Shown: in pieces, positions 23,555 through 31,764 of the stretch
Numbering within the stretch: the stretch's first letter is position 1
Layout: every line of letters begins with the position of its first letter
Source: Candidatus Micrarchaeota archaeon
GTDB taxonomy: Archaea > Micrarchaeota > Micrarchaeia > Anstonellales > Bilamarchaeaceae
DNA: 35,719 nt
Direction: 5' to 3'
Assembly: GCA_040754495.1 (NCBI GenBank)
Contig: JBFMCO010000040.1
Coordinates: 1 to 35,719, forward strand
Translations under genes and position numbers: made by a program
Notes under the pieces: model-generated
Told to the model about the DNA's origin: nothing
Seen by the model: the letters and a program-made list of their open reading frames with translations, nothing else
Databases searched by the model: none

Positions 23555-23764
23555 CCCCCTTTCCTCCTAAGGACAAGGTTGTAGCGCGATTGGTTTTATA
23601 TATCTATCGTCATTCTGTGGGGAAAAATGCATGTTTCACGATGGATATTGTACAAAAATGCGCGATTTTTGCACTATTCCTGTTAATAAGCTGCAAATCC
23701 TGCTCTTCCTCACCCTGAAAACCTTAATATAACCAACGATGATAATCCTCAGAAAGGTGGAAAT
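23555..23764. promoter_or_regulatory. AT-rich divergent intergenic region with a 25-bp dyad
   Basis: TTTTATATAT 23594-23603; GTACAAAAAT-N5-ATTTTTGCAC 23650-23674; CTTAATATAA near 23733-23742; AAAGGTGG RBS before TTG 23765. Confidence 0.55.
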
Positions 23765-24100
23765 TTGTACCATATAGGAATGATACAGCACATAATCTGG
23801 CCCAATAAGAACGGCGTGGCGAGCGCGGACGACAGCGTCCAGGCCGTCGTGCGCATGTGGGACACCAACCTCCTCATAATGGCCGTGGAGAAGAAAATCA
23901 CGAAGAAGGTAAAGAAAGGGGACTACATCCTGGCCGACTACACCCCCTTGGAGCCGAATTCCCGGCACAGGAAGCTGACCGTGATAAAGGTGCTTCCGCC
24001 GGAAGAAGGGAGCCGCATCTGGGCCGAGTTCCAGGACGAGCTTGAGCGGCGAAGGGGCATGTTCCAGCAGATGCAGCCGTCTCAGAGGTATATCCGGTAG
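23765..24100 (+). CDS. Hypothetical protein (111 aa), probably a conserved archaeal small beta-rich family
   Basis: SAD.SVQA.V.MWD.N...V...I...VK.GD..L.DY.P pattern looks like a conserved archaeal hypothetical family (recollection only); TTG start with RBS. Confidence 0.7.
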   Translation: MYHIGMIQHIIWPNKNGVASADDSVQAVVRMWDTNLLIMAVEKKITKKVKKGDYILADYTPLEPNSRHRKLTVIKVLPPEEGSRIWAEFQDELERRRGMFQQMQPSQRYIR

Positions 24101-24316
24101 CTACTTTTTCCCTGCGAATACTTCCGGCTCCTTGCTGCCCCACACCTCGTATATGGCGAGCTGGCCCTGCGCTTTCTTCGTTATCCATGTCTCGTAGCCC
24201 TGCATCCTGAACTGCTCCGCGAGCCTTTCCGCCTCGTCGATGCTCTGGGTCCTGCCGAGGAGGATGGCCTGCTTTTCCGGGCCGACGAAAGGCTTTCCCA
24301 TATCGGGACGTTCCAT
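24101..24316 (-). CDS. Small SPOR-like beta-alpha-beta protein (71 aa)
   Basis: From ATG 24316: LLGRTQSIDEAERLAEQFRMQGYETWITKK...IYEVWG. The upstream part of the 148-aa track ORF overlaps another gene. Confidence 0.6.
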   Translation of the reverse strand: MERPDMGKPFVGPEKQAILLGRTQSIDEAERLAEQFRMQGYETWITKKAQGQLAIYEVWGSKEPEVFAGKK

Positions 24317-24369
24317 GAGGCAGCCTACCACGGCAAGGATTAAGTTACTGCCTTCCGCCTGGGCTACAT

Positions 24370-24741
24370 CTACTCCCTGAAAACGTAATTGCTTCCGACC
24401 TTGTAAAGGATTTCCATGCGGAGCTGCTCTCCTTCCGGATAGAGGGGCGGCTGGCGGGCATTCTCCAGCAGGTTCGCAAGCTCGTCCGCCGTGGCCTTGT
24501 TTCCTGCGCCGGGCAGCTCCGCCTCGATGAAGAAGTTCCTCCCGCACTGCCTGGCCATGATTACCGCGGGCATCAAGGCCTTGTCCTTGAGAAGTTCCGT
24601 CGGGTCCTCCCTCAGCGTCAGCTCAAGAAGCGGCGGGGTGCGGGCTAGCTCCCTGATTCTCGGAAGCTCTGCCTCCAGCGCCGCCTTCGGCGCGCTGCAG
24701 AAGAAGAATGCATGGGCCTTGCCGGGTTTCCTTCCGTACAT
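24370..24741 (-). CDS. Hypothetical protein (about 123 aa)
   Basis: Start placed at ATG 24741, about 25 nt downstream of a minus-strand TTTATA box. Confidence 0.55.
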   Translation of the reverse strand: MYGRKPGKAHAFFFCSAPKAALEAELPRIRELARTPPLLELTLREDPTELLKDKALMPAVIMARQCGRNFFIEAELPGAGNKATADELANLLENARQPPLYPEGEQLRMEILYKVGSNYVFRE

Positions 24742-24808
24742 GGACTGATGTTGGCTGGAAGCAGATATAAATGTTCTTTTTTGGCCACTTCCTGCCACTA
24801 CGCACCCA

Positions 24809-24841
24809 AAACTGAAGACGGGAAACAGAAAACAAAAAGAT
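24809..24841 (-). terminator. U-rich heptamer-periodic tract directly 3' of the tRNA
   Basis: Minus strand TCTTTTTGTTTTCTGTTTCCCGTCTTCAGTTT; plus strand AAACTGA|AGACGGG|AAACAGA|AAACAAA. Confidence 0.55.
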
Positions 24842-24855
24842 TGGGGTCACTGAGA

Positions 24856-24896
24856 ATTTCACTCCGCGGCGTTCCGTGAAAAACCCGCAGCGAAGG
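24856..24896 (-). other. tRNA intron 2, non-canonical T-loop 59/60, 41 nt
   Basis: Strict BHB: outer helix is the T-stem, central TTCA/TGAA, bulges AA|C and AT|T, inner helix CTTCGC/GCGGAG. Confidence 0.88.
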
Positions 24897-24917
24897 TTTG
24901 AACTCAGATCAAAGCCT

Positions 24918-24956
24918 CGTTCTGAGCTTTTTGACTTTTTAGCGTCAAAAGGCCCG
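24918..24956 (-). other. tRNA intron 1, canonical 37/38, 39 nt
   Basis: Relaxed BHB: central TTCG/AGAA (3 of 4 pairs), bulges GG|C and CG|A, inner stem GGGCCTTTTGAC/GTCAAAAAGCTC. Confidence 0.85.
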
Positions 24957-25089
24957 CCCGAAGGCTCCAGTCTACCAGGTTAGCCCATGACCCCGATATT
25001 ATGGTTGGTTTGTTGGGCAAGGATTATAAAGCCTTTAATTCCGGCCCGCCCGCGGGCAGATTTTTTAAGCTTCTCCGGGATTGCATTCC

Positions 25090-25500
25090 ATGCGAGCACT
25101 CATCATTGCATTGGCCCTGGTTGTCTTCCTCGCCGGCTGCGCGCAGACCGGGGGGGATTATGTGCCGGCGAAGCTCGGGGAGCCGTTCAGGCTCAAGCTC
25201 GACCAGACCGCATACATCCAGTCCGAGAACCTGTACGTGAAGCTCACCGACATTCCCCAGGACTCGAGATGCCCCTCGGACGTGACCTGCATAAGGGCCG
25301 GGGACACCACGGTCGTCCTCAGCGTGAAGAAAGGCTCAGTCGATTTGGGAACGGTGCGCCTCACAAGCGAAAACTCCGTCGAGGCGAGCGGGGAGGTTGG
25401 CGGATACAGCGTATCGTTCCTGGCGGTCGAGCCTTATCCGGTATCTACCGACCCCATCCAGAGGGAAGAGTACGTCGTTACGCTGCGGGTGACCAAGTAG
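25090..25500 (+). CDS. Putative lipoprotein with DSRCP..V.C..AG motif (136 aa)
   Basis: MRALIIALALVVFLAGC lipobox; beta-rich body with a probable disulfide pair (CPSDVTC). Confidence 0.8.
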   Translation: MRALIIALALVVFLAGCAQTGGDYVPAKLGEPFRLKLDQTAYIQSENLYVKLTDIPQDSRCPSDVTCIRAGDTTVVLSVKKGSVDLGTVRLTSENSVEASGEVGGYSVSFLAVEPYPVSTDPIQREEYVVTLRVTK

Positions 25501-25520
25501 AACCGGGGGATTAACCGGCT

Positions 25521-26366
25521 TCACGCCGCATCGAGCCCCTCAATAACGCGCTCTACCGCCTTCCTCATCTCCCCGGCGGACTGGAACCTCCCTGCCGGCT
25601 CCCTTTCCACCGCCCTCTCCACGATGCAAAAAGCCTCTATCTCTGCCTGACCATGCCTGCCGAAGTAAATCGGCACCGAGCCTGACCGGATTCCGGCGAT
25701 CCTGAGCATGTCGATGAGCGGCGCAGGGCTCTGGATAAGCTGCTCGTAGAGCAGGATGCCAGCCGAATAAATGTCAGCCCGGTGGTCGCAGTAGCCGCGA
25801 TTCTCCTTCTGCTCGGGCGCCGCATAAAGCGGGTTCCCGAAGCGGCCCGCCTGCACCGGGCTCACGCCGTCAAGGAGCGCGAACCCGAAGTCGAGAAGCC
25901 TTGCCTGCCCGTCGGCCCTGGAAACAACTATATTCTTGGGTTTCACATCCCGGTGCACAATCCCGGCCTCATGGGCTGCCTCTAGCGCGCCACAAACCGC
26001 GGCAACAGTCCCCAGCCTCTCCCTGAGCCCCATCTTCAGCCGGGACTCCCTCAGGTTCATGCCCGGGACGTGCTCCATGGCGATATAAGGCAGGCCGCAA
26101 GACACCCCGCAATCCAAAAGCCCGACTACGTTCGGGTGGCTCAGCCTTGAAAGGGCCTCCGCCTCGTTGGCAAATACCTTCCTCTGGAAGTCGGATGCGT
26201 CGCCGATTTTCACGGCCGCCGTGGTCTTCCGGTCTATGTCGAGCGCGAAATGAACGCTTGCGCACCTGCCGCGCCCGATTTCCTCGAAAAGGAGGTACCT
26301 GCAGGTGAACGGATTAGGCGGCGCGGGCTCGCGTCGCTGGCGCATGCTGTGCAGGAGGGAAACCAT
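25521..26366 (-). CDS. Hanks-type Ser/Thr protein kinase, kinase domain only (281 aa)
   Basis: IGRGRCASV, AVKI, alphaC NE, HPNVV, HRDVKPKN, DFG, APE, ADIYSAG. Start reassigned to ATG 26366. Confidence 0.92.
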   Translation of the reverse strand: MVSLLHSMRQRREPAPPNPFTCRYLLFEEIGRGRCASVHFALDIDRKTTAAVKIGDASDFQRKVFANEAEALSRLSHPNVVGLLDCGVSCGLPYIAMEHVPGMNLRESRLKMGLRERLGTVAAVCGALEAAHEAGIVHRDVKPKNIVVSRADGQARLLDFGFALLDGVSPVQAGRFGNPLYAAPEQKENRGYCDHRADIYSAGILLYEQLIQSPAPLIDMLRIAGIRSGSVPIYFGRHGQAEIEAFCIVERAVEREPAGRFQSAGEMRKAVERVIEGLDAA

Positions 26367-26523
26367 GTTATAATATATGTAAAATCGTATTTTTAATGCT
26401 TTGGTCGCCCGCCCTAAGTCGTGCAATTTTTCCAGCCTTCTTTAAAAAAGAAAGGATATTTTTTGGAACAATTCCCGTATCTCCGGCAACATCTCTAAAT
26501 AGCGTCCCGGGGCACAAGCGCAT
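26367..26523. promoter_or_regulatory. Divergent promoter region between the kinase and the beta-rich exported protein
   Basis: Strongly AT-rich with TATAATATAT, TTTTTAAT and TTTAAAAAAG boxes. Confidence 0.5.
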
Positions 26524-28095
26524 ATGAGAGCGGCCCGGGAAAGAGAGCATACTTTTCTGAAACGAACCAGGGCGAAGCTGGCCAAAGTGCTCTCCGGCGC
26601 GGTCCTCGCGGCCACGATTTTCGGGGCAAAGGCCGCGAAAGCAGACCCGCCCCCCGAGCCGCCGAGGCTCGAGCAGACCTACTCCGTCCTTGGCGGCGCG
26701 CGCCTCTCGTCTTCGCCGGGAATCTCCCTAGACATTCCCGGCCTTTCAGGCCGCTACTCCGGCTTCGGCTACCACCTTGGCGACGAGGATTTCACGCTGC
26801 ATCTTGGCAAAAGCGACGTGCCAGTAATCCGCTTCCTCGAGGATTTCGACTACTCGGACACGCGCAGGCTCGGCGACCTTATCGGGTTCGGGCGCGGCCT
26901 CATGGGCAATCTCGGCGTGGAACGGCCCGGGAGATACATGCACGACATCCGCGGCGGATTCCGCGGCTTCGGGGAGGCATACGCAGGGTATCGCATCCTC
27001 GACCGGGGGCGGCTGGACACGTTTGAAGCAGCACTCACCGCAGATGCCTTCGCGCGGGGAAGGGCATACCTGGACCTCGACATGGATTTCGACAATCCGG
27101 TGCTTCCGCTGTATCTCGATTCCAAGCTCCATGCAGGCTACAGCGCCTACCTCCGCTCCTCAATTGGGCTCGGGGTGGAGCTGTCCCCGGGCCCGCTCGG
27201 ATTCGGGATTGCGGCAAGGGATTATTCGGATTTCCGCTCCATGGCGGGCCTCGATGCCAGTGCGGGCTACTCGCTTCTCTCGGGCTTCCACGCGGACATG
27301 CGCTCTTTCTTCTGGAGAAGGAAGGTCGAGGGCGGCGCGTTCCTCCCGTACCTCACCCTGAACCTCTCGCAAAACGGCCTCAGGCTTTATGCGAACGCAG
27401 GGCCGGAAATATTCATCGAGAGCGGGGAAGAGCGGACAACCAGGCACCACGGCTTCGCGAATTTCCCGGGCGAGAGCGGCTCGGAGCGGGAACGCCTTGA
27501 CGGCTCGTTTTCAGGCGTACGGGTGATGCCCGCGCTCTCGCTGGTCGCGGCCCCTGAGAATGCCGGCGGATTCTTCCCGGTGTTCAGCATCATCCAGAGG
27601 GACCACACGATTGTGCGCGGCGCGCTCGGCCTGCATCTTGACCGCGCATACCTGCGCGCGAATGGGGACACCGACCGGAACGCCTCGGGCGAGATGCTCA
27701 TCCTGATAAGCGGCGACATGGGCCGGAGGGAGTACCAGGACTATGTCTTTGCCAACGAGACGGCAACTGCTGGCTTCTTCCCCGCGTACCGCACGAGGAT
27801 GATGCTGAACCGGCACAGGCTGGTAACCTCCGCCCCGAAGCTCCTGTTCAGGAGCGCCATAGACTATGATGCGGAGATTGATGAGCTTTCGGCAGAGAAC
27901 GGCGTCATGTTCAGCAGGGGCAACTTCTTCCTCGACAGCGGCGTGAGGCTGTTTTCAGCGGAAAACTTCGGCGCCGGCCTCTACAACAGCATCGGCACGA
28001 GGGACTTCTTCACCACGCAGTCGTTCTCGACGAGCTTCGGGGGCGGCCCTTCGGTCCAGACGTTCATCTTCTCCATAGGCGGGTCCATCCGGTGA
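26524..28095 (+). CDS. Exported beta-strand-rich hypothetical protein, beta-barrel-like pattern (523 aa)
   Basis: Basic N-region plus VLSGAVLAATIFGAKAAKA signal; mature part Gly/aromatic-rich with alternating hydrophobic strands; no Cys; 4 Lys in the mature part. Confidence 0.7.
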   Translation: MRAAREREHTFLKRTRAKLAKVLSGAVLAATIFGAKAAKADPPPEPPRLEQTYSVLGGARLSSSPGISLDIPGLSGRYSGFGYHLGDEDFTLHLGKSDVPVIRFLEDFDYSDTRRLGDLIGFGRGLMGNLGVERPGRYMHDIRGGFRGFGEAYAGYRILDRGRLDTFEAALTADAFARGRAYLDLDMDFDNPVLPLYLDSKLHAGYSAYLRSSIGLGVELSPGPLGFGIAARDYSDFRSMAGLDASAGYSLLSGFHADMRSFFWRRKVEGGAFLPYLTLNLSQNGLRLYANAGPEIFIESGEERTTRHHGFANFPGESGSERERLDGSFSGVRVMPALSLVAAPENAGGFFPVFSIIQRDHTIVRGALGLHLDRAYLRANGDTDRNASGEMLILISGDMGRREYQDYVFANETATAGFFPAYRTRMMLNRHRLVTSAPKLLFRSAIDYDAEIDELSAENGVMFSRGNFFLDSGVRLFSAENFGAGLYNSIGTRDFFTTQSFSTSFGGGPSVQTFIFSIGGSIR

Positions 28096-28134
28096 ACCGC
28101 TCCCCTATTTAATCCTGGCGCCCGTGCTATCTCC

Positions 28135-29559
28135 GTGCAAGACGTCCTTGCCCTACTGAACGGCTTGTGGCAGCCTGATTCGCACTCGTTAGCCCTCTCC
28201 CTGTTCCTGCGCCTGATGGGCCTCGTGTACGCCGTCGCGTTCCTCTCGCTAATCGTCCAGGCGAAAGGCCTCTTAGGCAGAAACGGCATCCTCCCGGCAC
28301 GCGATTATCTCGCCCTCACGAGGAGGCTCGGGAGCAGGAGGTGGTACTACATCCCGACCGTCTTCTGGCTCAACTGCTCGGATGCGGCTCTCATGGCGGT
28401 CTGCACCTTCGGCATCATCGCCGGCCTGCTTCTCGCCGCGGGCGTATTCCCCCTGGCCATGCTAATCATCCTCTACGTCTTCTATCTCTCCTTCAAGTCC
28501 ATCGGCCAGGAGTTCCTCGGCTTCCAGTGGGACGCCCTGCTTCTCGAATCCGGCTTCGCGTCAATCATCATTGCCGCGTCCGGCCTGCATCCGGCTGCGC
28601 TCCTCATGGCATGGTTCATGTTCCTGAAATTCATGGTCATGGCCGGAGCCGTCAAGCTCACGAGCGGGGACCGGAACTGGAGGAACCTGACGGCGATGGC
28701 CTACCACTACCAGACGCAGCCGCTTCCGAACCCCCTCTCGTGGCATGCCCACAACCTTCCAATGCCCGTACACAAGCTGTCGGTGCTCGGCATGCTGCTC
28801 ATCGAGATGCCCCTCCCATTCCTTATCTTCGGCCCGGCCGAATTTCGCCTTTTCGTGTTCGCCGCCCAAATAACTCTCCAGCTTGCAATCCAGCTCACAG
28901 GCAATTACGGCCCGTTCAACCTGCTTACTGCCGTGCTCGCAATCCCTCTCTTGGATGATGCTTTTCTTGCCCAGCTCCCGCAGCTGTCGCTCGGCCTCCC
29001 CCCTCTCCTCCCGCCGCCCCTTGCCGTCGCGCTCGCGCTCTTCTTCGTCCTGCTCAACGCAATCCAGCTGCTTCTCCTATTCTTCGGGAATGTTCCAGGC
29101 AGGGGCATCCTATCCCTCCTTGAGCCATTCAACATCTGCAATCCTTATGGCATCTTCGCGATAATGACCACGAAAAGGTACGAGGTCATCCCCGAATGGA
29201 GCAACGACGGGAAGAAGTGGCACGAATACGTCTTCCTCTGGAAGCCGCAGGAGATAAAGGCGCGGCCGAAGCTCGCCCCGCTCCACATGCCGCGGCTGGA
29301 CTGGCTGATGTGGTTCCTTCCCTTCGGCTCCTACGAGCGCAACCCCTGGTTCCTGCGCTTCCTGGAGAAGCTGCTCCTCAATTCGCCGGACGCCACCGCG
29401 CTCCTCAGAAGCGCGCCGCGCGACCCTCCGAGGTTCGTCCGCGCCGTGGTCTATGATTATACGTTCACGGATGCAAAGACGCGAAAGAGCACCGGGCGGT
29501 TCTGGAGCAGAAAATTCGCGGGCGAGTACGTCCCTCCGATGGGGCTTCGCGACCTTTAG
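28135..29559 (+). CDS. Lipase maturation factor (LMF1) family membrane protein
   Basis: FLRLMGLVYAVAF..L..Q..GL.G..GILP, FQWDALLLESGF, HYQTQPLPNP, TGNYG.FN, W.EY.F.WKP, HMPRLDWLMWF. Confidence 0.92.
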   Translation: MQDVLALLNGLWQPDSHSLALSLFLRLMGLVYAVAFLSLIVQAKGLLGRNGILPARDYLALTRRLGSRRWYYIPTVFWLNCSDAALMAVCTFGIIAGLLLAAGVFPLAMLIILYVFYLSFKSIGQEFLGFQWDALLLESGFASIIIAASGLHPAALLMAWFMFLKFMVMAGAVKLTSGDRNWRNLTAMAYHYQTQPLPNPLSWHAHNLPMPVHKLSVLGMLLIEMPLPFLIFGPAEFRLFVFAAQITLQLAIQLTGNYGPFNLLTAVLAIPLLDDAFLAQLPQLSLGLPPLLPPPLAVALALFFVLLNAIQLLLLFFGNVPGRGILSLLEPFNICNPYGIFAIMTTKRYEVIPEWSNDGKKWHEYVFLWKPQEIKARPKLAPLHMPRLDWLMWFLPFGSYERNPWFLRFLEKLLLNSPDATALLRSAPRDPPRFVRAVVYDYTFTDAKTRKSTGRFWSRKFAGEYVPPMGLRDL

Positions 29560-29589
29560 GATTATTAACTAGGGCATCGAATCCTGCCC

Positions 29590-30048
29590 ATGCAGATAGG
29601 GGGGGTTCTTAGCACTCTGGTGTTCGTGGTCGTGGGGCTTGCCATAGCCGGCTTCGGGGCATACCTTATATACTCGGAGAGCCGGATAACGGGCGCATGG
29701 GACAAGGCCGGGGCAACAGTGACATACTCGAATCTCTCGGTGGACCGGGACTCGGACGGCACCACTTACCGGCCCGATATCGAGTACGCTTATCACATTG
29801 GCGGAAATGAATATACCGGCCATTGCTGCGGGCTGGGAACGGGCAACGCGGGCGAGATGCAGAAGGTTGTGGACAAGAACGCGAAAGGCCGGGTCGTGGA
29901 CGTGTATATCAATCCGGAAGACCCCTACGAATCGAGGCTCGCCGATGACGTCAAGCCGTTCAATATACTCCATCTTGCGCTGGCCGGCTTCGGGGCGCTC
30001 TTCGCGCTGATAGGCCTTGCGGGCATGGTCTCAGCCATGAGGCAGTGA
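29590..30048 (+). CDS. DUF3592-like membrane protein (152 aa)
   Basis: TM, then W..A.ATV..S...Y.P.IEYAY..GG.EY...V.V.INPEDP.ES.L, then TM. Confidence 0.75.
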   Translation: MQIGGVLSTLVFVVVGLAIAGFGAYLIYSESRITGAWDKAGATVTYSNLSVDRDSDGTTYRPDIEYAYHIGGNEYTGHCCGLGTGNAGEMQKVVDKNAKGRVVDVYINPEDPYESRLADDVKPFNILHLALAGFGALFALIGLAGMVSAMRQ

Positions 30049-30723
30049 GCGCGCCATGCTCTCCCGCAGGACGAATACTGAAGGCGACACGTCTATATCC
30101 CACCTGAGGAACTCCGCCAGCTCCCTCGGGAACAGGAAGGCAAAATCATCCGAGAAGGCGCGTCCGAAGGCTTTGGCATCCGGAGCACCCCTTTGCAGTT
30201 CATCCCGGAGAGCTGCAAGCTTTTTCTTCCCGGCCCGCTTTTCCAGGAATGAACCGAAATCAGCGCCGATGTCCTCCACGGAAGGGAGCTCTCCGGAAGC
30301 GAGCAGATACGCGTGCGTATAGGCGAACACGTCCCTGAACACGGACCAGAAGAAGCCGCCGAGGACGTCCTTATCGGCTACGGCAAGCTCGACCGCCTTC
30401 TGGAAATCCTCAGCAACCCACCCGCTGAACTTCTTTGACCCGAGGATTGCGGCAAACGCCTCCCTCTCCCTTTGCGAAAGCATGCGCTCGGGATAAAGGT
30501 GGTTGCCGCGCTCGACCGTCTCGACCATATAGGATAAATCCGCGGCATAACCCCCGCTGGTCTTGCGCAGCAGGCCCGCCCCGGCAAGCTTCCTCACTGC
30601 GCCGCCGAATGCCGCGACCGCCAGCTTCTCCCCGGATATCCTCCTCCCGGCCTCGCCCTCCGTGCAGCCTCCCCAGAAAGCGAGATAAACGAGCTTCTCG
30701 AAAGGGGCGAGCACGACATACAT
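30031..30723 (-). CDS. Hypothetical protein, possible N-terminal winged helix (about 230 aa)
   Basis: AVRKLAGAGLLRKTSGGYAAD resembles a recognition helix plus wing. Start is ATG 30723 or GTG 30738. Confidence 0.55.
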   Translation of the reverse strand: MYVVLAPFEKLVYLAFWGGCTEGEAGRRISGEKLAVAAFGGAVRKLAGAGLLRKTSGGYAADLSYMVETVERGNHLYPERMLSQREREAFAAILGSKKFSGWVAEDFQKAVELAVADKDVLGGFFWSVFRDVFAYTHAYLLASGELPSVEDIGADFGSFLEKRAGKKKLAALRDELQRGAPDAKAFGRAFSDDFAFLFPRELAEFLRWDIDVSPSVFVLRESMARSLPHG

Positions 30724-30791
30724 GGCCCTGACTATCACCGGACATTATATAAAATCCGGTATTGCGCATCTCCCTGCTGCACCAGGGCTTC

Positions 30792-31712
30792 TCAGGCCCG
30801 CACGAAATCCAGCCACTTGATGAAGCGCTCATCCTTGCCCGCGACCACGTTGAAGAAGCTTTCCCGGAGTTCCTTTGTCAGGGGGCCGGGCCCGTTGCTC
30901 ACCCTGCGCTTGTCAATCCCGACGACAGGCGTTATCTCTGCTGCCGTGCCGGTCAGGAAGACCTCCTCGGCAGTATAAAGCTCGTCACGCAGGATGGAGC
31001 ACTCCTCCACGCGGATGCCCATCTCCCGTGCCAGCGTCATCACGCTGTCCCGTGTCACTCCTGCCAGAACGCCGTCGTACAACGGGGGCGTTACGAGCGT
31101 GCCGCTCTCCACAATGAACAGGTTCTCGCCCGTCCCCTCGCTGACGTGCCCCTCCTCGGTGAGCATGATGGCCTCGTCGTATCCCGCGTTCAGGGCCTCC
31201 TTCTTGGCAAGGACCGAATTAAGGTAATTGGCGCTGGCCTTCACATGCGGAGATAGAATGGTGGAGCTTATCCTCTTCCAGCTCGACACCTCGCAGCTTA
31301 TCCCGGTCTCGGCCTTCTTCCCGAAATACTTGCCGAAGGGGACCGGAATGATGGCAATCTCGAACGGAGCCCCGTCTATGTTTATGCCTATTGTCCCGTA
31401 GCCCACGTAGCAGATGGGCCTGATGTAGCACTCGCGGACCTTGTTCCTCCTCAAGAGCTCCTTCGTGATGTCGCACAGCTGCTTCAGGCCGTACTTTATC
31501 TCGAACTGGTACGACTTCTCGCCGTCAAGGAACCGCTTGTAGTGGTCCTTCATGCGGAACACGGCCGGCCCGAGCGGCGTGTCGTAGCAACGCATGCCCT
31601 CGAAGATGGCGGTCGCGTAGTGCAGGCCGTGGGTGAGGACATGGACCTTCGCATCCTTCCAGGGGACGAACCTGCCGTTCATCCAGATGCTTTTCAGGGG
31701 TTTTATCGCCAT
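30792..31712 (-). CDS. ilvE: Branched-chain amino acid aminotransferase (class IV PLP)
   Basis: LHYATAIFEGMRCY, YIRP, KASANYLNS, EGTGENLF, LAGVTRDSV, TGTAAEITPV. Confidence 0.95.
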   Translation of the reverse strand: MAIKPLKSIWMNGRFVPWKDAKVHVLTHGLHYATAIFEGMRCYDTPLGPAVFRMKDHYKRFLDGEKSYQFEIKYGLKQLCDITKELLRRNKVRECYIRPICYVGYGTIGINIDGAPFEIAIIPVPFGKYFGKKAETGISCEVSSWKRISSTILSPHVKASANYLNSVLAKKEALNAGYDEAIMLTEEGHVSEGTGENLFIVESGTLVTPPLYDGVLAGVTRDSVMTLAREMGIRVEECSILRDELYTAEEVFLTGTAAEITPVVGIDKRRVSNGPGPLTKELRESFFNVVAGKDERFIKWLDFVRA

Positions 31713-31764
31713 GGAGTGCTAAAACGGCCATGATTTATTAAAGTTTGTCGCCAACATCTGGGCC

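Larger units (their letters stand above)
24842..24994 (-). tRNA. tRNA-Pro(CGG) with two introns (37/38 and 59/60); CCA not encoded
   Basis: Acceptor GGGGTCA/TGACCCC + A73; D-loop GG; anticodon stem GAGCC/GGCTT with loop TT-CGG-G|A (anticodon 24958-24960); T-stem CTGAG/CTCAG with loop TTCAAA|T. 153 - 39 - 41 = 73-nt mature tRNA. Confidence 0.9.

Noticed and set aside
24918-24994. Alternative reading as tRNA-Arg(TCG)
   Set aside because: That register breaks the anticodon-stem pairing; GAGCC/GGCTT with CGG and the Pro-like D-arm fit better.
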